Positions 1 to 9,260 of a DNA stretch of 64,000 nucleotides are shown here, one piece after another. The translations under genes were made by a program, and so were the position numbers. The notes beneath the pieces were generated by a model. That model worked only from the letters and a program-made list of their open reading frames with translations. It searched no databases and was not told the origin of the DNA. This DNA comes from Rebecca billardiae RCC1528 (lineage: Eukaryota > Protista > Haptophyta). Position 1 is the first letter of the stretch. Each line of letters begins with the position of its first letter. The stretch covers positions 2,852,001-2,916,000 of the forward strand of contig OZ251223.1 of assembly GCA_965240325.2 (NCBI GenBank), in the 5' to 3' direction.

Positions 1-1383
1 GGTGCGCCGCCGCCTCTGGACGAGGCCTTCTGCGAGGCGGCGCGTGCCGAGGCGGCGGGCTGCCTCGCGTTCCTCAACCTGCACCAAAAGCGCCTGCAGG
101 CCGAGGCGGCGGCCCTCACGGCGCGCGAGAAGGAGGAGAAGCGCGCGGCGAAGGAGCGCGCGGCCGCCGAGCGTGCCGCCAAGCGCGCCGCCAAGGCGGG
201 CAAGGCGCCGCCCACCGGCCCCGCCCCACACGACCCGCCGGGCGAGCACGACGACGATGACGATGACGACGATCATCAAGACCCGGCGCCGACGCCGCCT
301 CGCCAGCCGCTCGAACCAGCGCGGCAGCCGACGGTGCCGCCCGCCCAGCCGACGCCCCAGCCCCAGGCTCCAATCGCGGCGCCAGCGCCCACCGCCGCGC
401 CCGCACCGCCCGCGGCCCCTCATCGGTCTGGGGCCGCCCGGGCGCAGACGGCAGAGGCGCCGTCGTCGCAGCCGGCGGCGCCGTCCGCCTCCCTCGAGAT
501 GCCGATGCCGGGCCGTCACAACGAAATGCCGATGCCCGGGCACCATGACGGGATGCCCATGCCTGGCCATCAGCTCGCGCAGGCCGGGCTCTCGCCGACG
601 CTCTCGCCGCCGGCAGTGCCCGCGCGGCCGGCGCCGCAGCCGGCGCCGCAGCCGGCGCCGCAGGTGGCCCAGGAGCTCTTCGCGGCGCCCGCAGGCGGGA
701 TGGGCGGCCTCGCATTCGGCGCGTTCTCGCAGCCCAAGCCCGACGCCGCGGCGCTCAACGGGCACTCGCTCTTCGCGGGGGTCCCAGCGTCGCTCCCGAT
801 GTCGCTCCCAGCGACCGAGGCAAGCACGACGGCCGCGCCGCGCGCCACCGCCGCCGCCTCCGCCGACGCGAGCACGTGGCAGGAGGTGAAGCACGCCGAG
901 ACGGGCAAGACCTACTGGTGGAACACCGCGACCGGCGAGACGCGCTGGTTCGACCCCGCGGTGGACGTGTGGACGGCGGTGCCCGCCGCGTCGGGCCTCA
1001 CCTACTGGTGGAACAAGGCCACGGGCGAGACAACCTGGGAGATGCCGGCGTCGCTGCGCGGCGGTGGCGCGGCGGGCGGCGGGCCGCCCGCCCCTCCCGC
1101 GCCGGCGGTGCCCGCGCCCGCGCCGGCGGTCGTCGCCCCGTCGGCGGCACCGGTGATCCCCACGCCAACGCCGGCACCGATCTCGCCGCCGCCGGTCGTA
1201 CCCACGCCTGCGCCAGCGCCGATCGCGCCTGCTACGCCCGTGGTGCACACGCCCGCACCGCCCCCGGCGCCCGCGCCGGCCGCGCCGGCCGGCGCGTGGA
1301 GCTGCCACGTGTGCACCTTCGAGAACGACAAGCCGCACGCACTGGCCTGCGAGGTGTGCGGCAGCACGCGCCAGTTCAACTGA
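1..1383 (+). CDS. Pro/Ala-rich protein with two WW domains and a C-terminal RanBP2-type zinc finger (5' end outside window)
   Basis: Frame 1 is open from base 1 (GAPPPLDEAFCEAA...KEEKRAAKE) to TGA at 1381-1383. WW motifs WQEVKHAETGKTYWWNTATGETRWFDP and WTAVPAASGLTYWWNKATGETTWEMP; terminal WSCHVCTFEN..ALACEVCGSTR. Confidence 0.88.
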   Translation, partial: GAPPPLDEAFCEAARAEAAGCLAFLNLHQKRLQAEAAALTAREKEEKRAAKERAAAERAAKRAAKAGKAPPTGPAPHDPPGEHDDDDDDDDHQDPAPTPPRQPLEPARQPTVPPAQPTPQPQAPIAAPAPTAAPAPPAAPHRSGAARAQTAEAPSSQPAAPSASLEMPMPGRHNEMPMPGHHDGMPMPGHQLAQAGLSPTLSPPAVPARPAPQPAPQPAPQVAQELFAAPAGGMGGLAFGAFSQPKPDAAALNGHSLFAGVPASLPMSLPATEASTTAAPRATAAASADASTWQEVKHAETGKTYWWNTATGETRWFDPAVDVWTAVPAASGLTYWWNKATGETTWEMPASLRGGGAAGGGPPAPPAPAVPAPAPAVVAPSAAPVIPTPTPAPISPPPVVPTPAPAPIAPATPVVHTPAPPPAPAPAAPAGAWSCHVCTFENDKPHALACEVCGSTRQFN

Positions 1384-3450
1384 GCCAGCCGCTTGCACCA
1401 AGCCGCGGTCTCCGCTGCGCACTGCGGCGAGTGCGCCGAGCAGCACTCGGCGTCAGCGACCGATGACCAATCGAATCATCACCGTCGCAGGCTGCCGCGG
1501 CGGCGCGACACGGCCCGGGCTCGGGGCTGCCCCGGAGAAGCCGACTCCGTCACCGTGACTACGGTACGCCACTCCGCGGCTCCGCCGACCCGGCGCCGCG
1601 CAGCTCTGAGCTCACGAGTGCCACTAGCCTAAGTACGCGTGCGGCTACGCGTGCGCGCGGCCCGGGCTGCCGAGTCTTTCGTCCGTACGGACAGTCCCGC
1701 CGACTGGCGACTCTCACTCTGGGCCTGGCCGAGCGGCGGAGCGGCGCCGCGTATCTCATGACTCATCGATCTTGGCCCGCGGTGCAGGGCGGAGCGCGCA
1801 GCGTGGAGCCCGCACCAGCGGGCCCGAACCACGTTTCAAAAAGATCTTTGATCAAGAAAAAAGGGACGGGGGGCGATTTTTAGGGCTGGCGGAGACCGAG
1901 TTTCGAGTTTTTGAGATCGCATAGAGAGGTCTATTAGGCCGAAAATAAGCGCGCCCAGCTGATTCCCTTAAGTAAAGTGCGATCTGGACGTCAGCTGGAC
2001 GTGACATTAGTGTAACGGTTCGTTACGAGCGCGATTTTAAGTATGAGATTGCCGCCAACCGCCAACCGATAAAAACGGCAAGGCAAGGGCTCGGGAAACT
2101 TGATCACTTCCAAATACTGTGAATAGTAAAATGCTCTCCCCGAGCGCGCCTGTCGCCTCGCAGGCCGCGCGTCTCGCTCCCTCTCCCCGAGGCTGAGCTC
2201 GCGGCCCGCCTGTCACCTCGCAGGCTGCGCGCGCCACGGACACATGCGCGACGAGATCGCGGCGGGGGCGGCGAGATCGCGGCGGGGGCGACGGGCAACA
2301 ACCTGCCCGCGGGCGCGTTCGTCACTCGAGGAGCAGCGCGCAAGGGCGAGCCGAGTCCGGAGCACGCGAGCTCGTCGCTCGCCGACCGGAGCAGAGCGCG
2401 CCGCCCGCCGCCGCCGAGCGAGCGGCGCGGCAGAGCTGATGAGCCGGATGCGCCCGGAGCTCGCGCGGCTGAAGGGCGAGCTCGAGCACGCGAGCTCGCG
2501 CCTCGACGCCGAGCCCGAGCTCCTCCTCAACTCAGTCGACGGCGGCGCGGAGGTCCGGCAGCAGCGTGAGGACTCACAGACAGTGTGAGTGAGCCGCGCG
2601 CAGCTCAGCCTGCCGCTGGCAGCCGCCGTCTTCGTTCGAGGCCGACGCGGCGGAGGAGGCGGCGGGCGACGAGATCGCGGCGGGGGCGGCGAGATCGCGG
2701 CGGGGGCGACGGGCAACAACCTGCCCGCGGGCGCGTTCGTCACTCGAGGAGCAGCGCGCAAGGGCGAGCCGAGTCCGGAGCACGCGAGCTCGTCGCTCGC
2801 CGACCGGAGCAGATGAGCGCGCCGCCCGCCGCCGCCGAGCGAGCGGCGCGGCAGAGCTGATGAGCCGGATGCGCCCGGAGCTCGCGCGGCTGAAGGGCGA
2901 GCTCGAGCACGCGAGCTCGCGCCTCGACGCCGAGCGCGAGCTCCTCCTCAACTCAGTCGACGGCGGCGCGGAGGTCCGGCAGCAGCGTGAGGACTCACAG
3001 ACAGTGTGAGTGAGCCGCGCGCAGCTCAGCCTGCCGCTGGCTGGCAGCCGCCGTCTTCGAGGCCGACGCGGCGGAGGAGGCGGCGGGCGACGAGATCGCG
3101 GCGGGGGCGGCGAGATCGCGGCGGGGGCGACGGGCAACAACCTGCCCGCGGGCGCGTTCGTCACTCGAGGAGCAGCGCGCAAGGGCGAGCCGAGTCCGGA
3201 GCACGCGAGCTCGTCGCTCGCCGACCGGAGCAGAGCGCGCCGCCCGGCGCCGCCGCCGAGCGAGCGGCGCGGCAGAGCTGATGAGCCGGATGCGCCCGGA
3301 GCTCGCGCGGCTGAAGGGCGAGCTCGAGCACGCGAGCTCGCGCCTCGACGCCGAGCGCGAGCTCCTCCTCAACTCGGTCGACGGCGGCGCGGAGGTCCGG
3401 CAGCAGCGTGAGGACTCACAGACAGTGTGAGTGAGCCGCGCGCAGCTCAG

Positions 3451-5933
3451 TACCAGGTGGCCGCACGCCCTGCCTGAACCGGCAGCCGCGCTTTAGGGAA
3501 ACACCATCCGGGGGGCCGCCTTTCACTTAAGGACACGCGGGTGGGTGATTACTGAACACGTGAACCATGTCCTTTTCGGACATACGCACACGCAAGATCT
3601 TGGGTACGCAGTCATACTATCTGAATCCTGAGCGCCCACAAGCCCTCTTGGGTCCATGATAATCTGCCTCGTCAGCGAGCGTCCAAAAGCGAATCCGACG
3701 GAAGGTTTTGATTGAAAGCGAGCGCTTTCTCCACTACGAGACGGATTCCATTCTGGTCCGCTCGTTCTGAACCAAAAGGGCATGGATGCCGTTCCACGGC
3801 GCGCGCGCGGTTGGGGCGGGCGGCGAAGCGGTTTGGTCGGTGGGGTACGGTACAGTCTGTGGCGGGCCGGCGGTGGGTGAGCTACCTATGCAGTTTAGTT
3901 GCGCACGCTCGCTCGACGGCAGACCGGCCATAATCATGCAAGTAGCAATAGCATCAAGCTGTATGTGTCCGCCACTCCGCCAAGTCAAGAAGTGCTAGTC
4001 CCTACTTAGTTACGCCGGCGGCCGGCGGGCACATATCATTCACTAGAGACGGCACCCTCGACGCCACTATTGGCCTTCCGTACCCCGCCCGCCGCAAGCC
4101 CGCCGCACATCCGTATATGATCGTGAGCGTTTCAGACGACAAGTGGACTAGGGCAGCAGCTGGCAAAACGCACCGTCGTCGGCGTCGATGGCTCACACGA
4201 TCGCGTACCCGGTGGTGGTCGGAGTGCCGGTTGGGTTCACCATGCCCAACGGTCTCCCTTCGGGCCAGTCGGCCCGCACGAATGCGCCGCGACCAGCGCC
4301 ATTTGCCTCGCAACCATCGGCAGCATCGTTGCGCAACCGGGGCGGTCGCATTTGCCGGCGCAACATCTACCTGACCATCTCTGCAGTGCCCAACAACCAT
4401 CCTCTCCTTTCCAACCTTCCTGCAGTGGCGACACACTTGCTGGCGCCATTGAGGGGCAAACAGAAGGAGTTCGTCGTCTGCAAGGAGCCGCACGAGCACC
4501 CCAACGACCCTAGCCGCGCTTGGCACTTCCACGCCGTCATCGGATCGGAGATGAAGACGGACTGCCTGGTCACAGCCTTTGACCTCCCCCTCCAGGGCTG
4601 GGGCACGCTGCGAGCGTACCACGAGCCGATGGGCCCGACGAAGCGTGACCTGGCGAAGTGCATCCACTACTGCCAGAAGGAGGGGCCGTCCAACTTCATC
4701 ATCAGCGCCAACTGGGCAACCATCCCAGAGCCGCTCGACGTGTGCGGCGTCGACTGGGCGCGCGCGCTGCACGCAGCACAGTCTGCAGACGAGGCAGCGG
4801 ACATCTTGCAGTGCGAGCACCCGTCGATCTACTACCGCTACGGCCATGCCGTGCTCGCCATGATCCGCCACCGACACGGCAGCGGCGTCACGCCGCGCTT
4901 CGCCATGAGCTCGTTTGCGCGACTGCCGCTCGACCTCTCTGATGGGATGGCTGTCGTGCTCGCAGGTGGATCCGGCCACGGCAAGACGGAGTTCGGGCTG
5001 TCGCACTTCGAGAACCCTCTTCTCGTGTCCGAGATGGACGACCTGAAGGATTTGACGGCTCGCAACGACGGTATCGTCTTCGACGACATGGATTTCACGC
5101 ACATGACGGCCAAGGCCGTGATCAAGATGCTCGACCCCAACTACGAGCGATCGGTGCACACGCGCTACACGAATGCCAAGATCCCCGCAGACATGCCACG
5201 CGTGTTCACGACAAATCTGGCCATGCAGTACCCCTACGAGCACATCTTCCCGCCCGGTCGCAACCTCGAGCAGCAGCGTGCGCTCAACCGCCGCTTCAAA
5301 GTCGTGACGGTCGATGCCGACCTCTTTGCGGCGGCTCCCGCCGCCGGCGCGTCAGCGGCTGCCGTGCAGACGTGAGCCATCAGCAAGCGTGCGTCGGTGC
5401 ATAGCCGCAAGATGCCCTGCTCAGCCCTGCTGAGCTGCTCAGACTGGCTTGACCCTCACGCTAGTGCCAGGCGGCCTGGCGGTGAGGCGCCGCGGCAGCG
5501 GGCCGCCCTTTCGTCAGCCCTCTCTCGAGCGGCTTGCGGCGAGGGCGAGAACAGCGGTGAAACTGAAACATGGGTGTCCTCGGGCCAATCAGGTTAGCGC
5601 AAAACAGACCGCGCAGCCTGAATGCGTTGAGAGGAGCTAGTACATCGACCCTGAATAGCCCTATGGGCGAACTCGTTTTGCGGATGTGGAGGCCCCCAAG
5701 ATTCCGCCGATGATTCGGCACGATTAGGGAAGCATGCAAGCGTCCAACCGGTACAACATAAGAAGCCGCTGAGAAGTATAGGCTCAAAAATGACCATAAG
5801 CCCCAATCGCGGGGCGTACGGTTGCGTGTGTTCGACAACTTGACCCTGAAATCAATTGGAGACCGGGTAGAGCGGTCTAAGGCGCGGCCGGCGTCAGACC
5901 GCCGACTCACGCATATGACTTCTCCACCTGGTA
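3451..5933 (+). mobile_element. 2,483-bp Rep-encoding insertion with 10-bp terminal inverted repeats (TACCAGGTGG...CCACCTGGTA)
   Basis: TIRs at 3451-3460 and 5924-5933. The flanks CAGCTCAG | CCTGCCGCTGG rejoin exactly into the uninterrupted sequence seen in repeat copies 1 and 2. Lower GC than the flanks; single recognisable ORF. Confidence 0.88.
4188..5375 (+). CDS. rep: CRESS-DNA-virus-like replication initiator protein (HUH endonuclease + SF3 helicase)
   Basis: RCR motif I IYLTI, motif II WHFHAVI, GRS-like AFDL...AYHEP, motif III YCQKEG, Walker A GGSGHGKT, Walker B IVFDDM, motif C VFTTN, Arg finger ALNRRF. Intact 395-aa intronless ORF (the start could be a downstream Met). Confidence 0.93.
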   Translation: MAHTIAYPVVVGVPVGFTMPNGLPSGQSARTNAPRPAPFASQPSAASLRNRGGRICRRNIYLTISAVPNNHPLLSNLPAVATHLLAPLRGKQKEFVVCKEPHEHPNDPSRAWHFHAVIGSEMKTDCLVTAFDLPLQGWGTLRAYHEPMGPTKRDLAKCIHYCQKEGPSNFIISANWATIPEPLDVCGVDWARALHAAQSADEAADILQCEHPSIYYRYGHAVLAMIRHRHGSGVTPRFAMSSFARLPLDLSDGMAVVLAGGSGHGKTEFGLSHFENPLLVSEMDDLKDLTARNDGIVFDDMDFTHMTAKAVIKMLDPNYERSVHTRYTNAKIPADMPRVFTTNLAMQYPYEHIFPPGRNLEQQRALNRRFKVVTVDADLFAAAPAAGASAAAVQT

Positions 5934-6933
5934 CCTGCCGCTGGCAGCCGCCGTCTTCGAGGCCGACGCGGCGGAGGAGGCGGCGGGCGAGCACGGCGGC
6001 GCGGTGGAGCAGGCGCGCACGCGCGGCGGCAGGCGCGACGCGCCGCTCGCCTCGTTCCACCGCCCCGAGCTCCGCTCGGTCGGTCTCGGTGCGCGGCTGC
6101 GCAGCCGGCAGGCCGGCGGGCCAGCAGTCTGCAGTGGCGCGCGCTCTCGCTCTGCCGGCACGAGGCGTGCCGGCTGAGCGACCAGCGGCCCGTCGTCGAG
6201 CGCATGGCGCAGGGCGAGTACCTCAAGCAGGTGCGCCCGCTCGCGCGCACGCGCCGGCTCGCGACCAGCGGCCCTTCGTCGAGCGCATGGCGCAGCGCGA
6301 GCACCTTGCAAGCTGAAGCAGAGTGCGCCCGCACGCGCGCACGCGCCGGCCCGGCGCCGCGCGGCGCCTCTCGCCCTCTCGCCCTGCGCGCGCCGCCGCC
6401 CCGCTTCCCCGCGCGGCCCGTCCGCGCCTCTCGCCCTGCGAGCGCGCCGCCCCGCTTCCCCGCGCGGCCCGTCCGCTGGTGTCCCATGCCACCCTTGGCC
6501 GTGCGCGCCCGCATACTCGCGCCGAGTCCGAGACTCGGTCTCGGGTCTGACTCTCCCTCTCAGAGTGGCTGAACTGTCTTTCTGACTCGGACTGACTGAC
6601 TCGTCAGTCTCATTCTCAACCACTGCGCCGCGGGCCCCGAACTGCGTTGGTTCTACGGAAAAGGACCGCGGAACGCGGTCATGGCCCGCGGTGCAGGGCG
6701 GAGCGCGCAGCGTGGAGCCCGCACCAGCGGGCCGGAACCACGTTTCAAAAAGATCTTTGATCAAGAAAAAGGGACGCGGGGGCCGATTTTTAGGGCTGGC
6801 GGAGACCGAGTTTCGAATTTTGAGACCCTCTCTACAGATGCATCACGGAGAAAAAAACCGCGTCCACGACATTCCCCTAATCAATCGTGGACGGCCGGGC
6901 GTGAGAGTTCACTTCTGTGTGAAGTAGGACGGT

Positions 6934-7479
6934 TACAAGTCCAATACAAGCGTCAGCTTCTTTGAGGCTATTTTTGCACGTCCTTACGGGATCAGCGAAG
7001 TAACCAACCGATATATATTGGCTTCGTCGGGGTCGTATTCACTACTGGAGAACATTTGCACCGCGCTTCGTATTCATATGTATGGTTCACGCAGGCATAA
7101 AATCGCTTCGTCGGGGTCGTATCCACTATACTGGAGAACATCATTTGCACCGCTTCGTTTTCATACATTATAATGTATATGGTTCATGGACTGCTAGGCG
7201 GGGTCGTACAAGTCCAATACAAGCGTCAGCTTCTTTGAGGCTATTTTTGCACGTCCTTACGGGATCAGCGAAGTAACCAACCGATATATATTGGCTTCGT
7301 CGGGGTCGTATTCACTACTGGAGAACATTTGCACCGCGCTTCGTATTCATATGTATGGTTCACGCAGGCATAAAATCGCTTCGTCGGGGTCGTATCCACT
7401 ATACTGGAGAACATCATTTGCACCGCTTCGTTTTCATACATTATAATGTATATGGTTCATGGACTGCTAGGCGGGGTCG
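6934..7479. repeat. Two tandem copies of a 273-bp AT-richer unit, each with an internal diverged sub-repeat
   Basis: 6934-7206 matches 7207-7479 (TACAAGTCCAATACAAG...GCTAGGCGGGGTCG). GCTTCGTCGGGGTCGTAT.CACTA occurs twice per unit. Confidence 0.93.
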
Positions 7480-7617
7480 AGCAGAATATCATCGATATTC
7501 ATCAGGCGCACGTGTGCGTATTCATCATCAGCCTTCGGGAATTGGGAGTAGCTATTGGCCTTTTGCCCTCTGGCGAGCCAGGAGCAGGCTCGAGGCCACT
7601 TTTGCGCTCACGTGGAC

Positions 7618-8133
7618 ATGATGCCGAGCACGTCAGCTGGCGACGCCGACGAGGACCGCGCTCGCCGCGTATTGAACGTGCTGCTCGAATCCGGGGCAGT
7701 GAAGAAGGTGGCTAAGAGCACGCTCCAGAGCATCGCTGCTGCCATCTCAGTCGTGAGGCACGAGCAGGACGTGCCCTCTGCGGCCGTGAAGTACAACGTG
7801 CCCAAATGGTCGATCTACAACTTCGTTCGCAAGGTCCGCACCGTGCTGGAGGACGAGGGCGCAATCGCCAGGGGGAGCGCGACGCGACTGATCGCCGACT
7901 TCACCACGCGCCCCGCAGGCCAGCTCCCTCCCTCCTCCTCACCCGGCCCAACAGCTGGCAGCCGCTTTGCGGCACTCACTCTCGGCCCGCGCCGGCGAGT
8001 CTGTCTGCAGCGCTGGACGGGCGGACCTAGGAGGACGAGCTGCGGCGCGGGCGACGGTGGTGCGCGACGTCCCCAGAGCTGGCCGTGCCTCTGCGACGCG
8101 TGCCGAGCCCGACCGAGGTGTGTCACCCCGTGA
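7618..8133 (+). pseudogene. Pipsqueak/CENP-B-type HTH-containing fragment (possible transposase relic)
   Basis: LQSIAAAISVVRHEQDVPSAAVKYNVPKWSIYNFVRK fits the psq-HTH pattern (A+..V......AA..Y.VP.S++). Downstream sequence degenerates; no catalytic domain visible. Confidence 0.55.
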
Positions 8134-9260
8134 CCCCGTGCAGTGCACGCGCGGCGCGCGAAATAACGATCACCGGTGCCCTCGCACCTCGGCACACACA
8201 GTGCTCCCTCTGGCTGTCAGCTCCGCGTAGATAGAGTTGCGCTCATGCGTCGATCACGCCTCGCGCCCGCCTGTCGGCCGTCGCGCAGGCGCTGGTCGAA
8301 CCCTACTCGGACCAGTGCAAATCATCTACTGACTACTCCTGGCGCTGCCGCGGCGCGGTGTGACGACAGACAGCGCGGTCAGCAGCAGCGGCCCGAACGA
8401 ATCCGCGGCCCCGCACAGTGTTCCCTGGCTGTCAGCTCCACGTGGCCTGGCGTGCACGTGGAGTCGCGCTCATTCGTCGATCACGCCTCGTCGCATCCGC
8501 CTGTACACAATCCGGGCGCCGCGCCGGCGGCTGCGATGGGCCCGCGCCCGCGGCGCCGGCGCCGGGGCGCAGCGGCGCGCCGCTGGAGTCTAGTTGTACG
8601 GGCATGCAACTGGCTGGTCTGTCAATAGACGACTGCGACGGAGGGTGCACCGCCACCGCGGGCCCCGAACTACGTTCGTTCTACGGAAAAGGACCGCGGA
8701 ACGCGGTCATATTATTGATGATTGATCGGCGGACTTGATAGTCGTCGCCTCGTCGGGCCCGGATTACGCGCGCGCCATTATGATGCGGTATAGTATAGGC
8801 TACGTACACACTGCGGCTAGGCTGAGCGCGTGTATATAATTTCAATTTGTCACTGTGTATAATCTCGCCTGCCTGAGCTGTGTGCGTCTCTTATTCTTAT
8901 AGCAGTAAACTGTATACAACCAGCCGGCGGCTCGTACTCGTAGCCACCGCCACTGCTGTCAGTCGTAGATTAATCGATATATGACGACTGCTCATTCGCT
9001 ATATGATTTAACGAGTGACACAGTCTGTGACACAGTCTGACAGTGACCGTGACGATGATGATTGATGTGATTGTGATGAATGTCAAACTGGCCGACCTGA
9101 GTCTGACTGACTGACTCAAAGCCTGGCCGGGGACAGCGTCAGGACTCGGCTCACGGCTGCATGGTCCGCTTCGGGCTGACTTCGGCTCAGGGCCAAGACG
9201 TAACGGAGCTTGGGGGATCAACCGGAGCTGGAGCCATCATTGCGAGTCATCATGCCAGCA

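Larger units (their letters stand above)
2248..5990 (+). repeat. Three tandem copies of a ~420-bp GC-rich unit (2248-2665, 2666-3086, 3087-3450 continuing at 5934-5990); third copy interrupted by the Rep element
   Basis: Direct comparison; units start GCGACGAGATCGCGGCGGGG and end GGAGGCGGCGG. Content looks like decayed coding sequence (ELMSRMRPELARLKGELEHASSRLDAERELLLNS). Confidence 0.93.
1773..6681 (+). mobile_element. Helentron/HINE-like rolling-circle-type element, copy 1 (contains tandem repeats and the nested Rep element)
   Basis: The 5' block 1773-1916 (TGGCCCGCGGTGCA...) is near-identical to 6682-6825, and the 3' block 6628-6681 is near-identical to 8656-8709. Subterminal TGCGCCGCGGGCC (6624-6636) is the inverted match (12/13) of the 5' GGCCCGCGGTGCA. 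A 3' hairpin GACCGCG-GAA-CGCGGTC sits at 6664-6680. Confidence 0.62.
6682..8709 (+). mobile_element. Helentron/HINE-like element, copy 2, head-to-tail with copy 1, different internal cargo
   Basis: Same 144-bp 5' block (6682-6825) and 54-bp 3' block (8656-8709). Subterminal CACCGCGGGCC is the exact inverse of GGCCCGCGGTG, and the terminal hairpin GACCGCG-GAA-CGCGGTC is the same. Confidence 0.62.

Noticed and set aside
3990-4030. CTTAGTTAC followed by GC hairpin CGCCGGC-G-GCCGGCG as the CRESS origin
   Set aside because: It does not match NANTATTAC, and the motif lies outside rather than in the loop of the hairpin; weak candidate only.
4002-5243. 413-aa antisense ORF over rep as a possible capsid
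   Set aside because: It overlaps rep almost entirely on the opposite strand and has the V/R/H/D-rich composition of a codon-bias shadow; no basic N-terminal arm or jelly-roll features are evident.
1773-6825. 144-bp direct repeats as LTRs of a retroelement
   Set aside because: No PBS/PPT, TSD or gag/pol; better explained as the 5' ends of two tandem elements, each with its own matching 3' end.
6934-7479. Repeat array as CRISPR
   Set aside because: The inter-repeat sequences are themselves duplicated rather than unique spacers; eukaryotic context and no cas genes.
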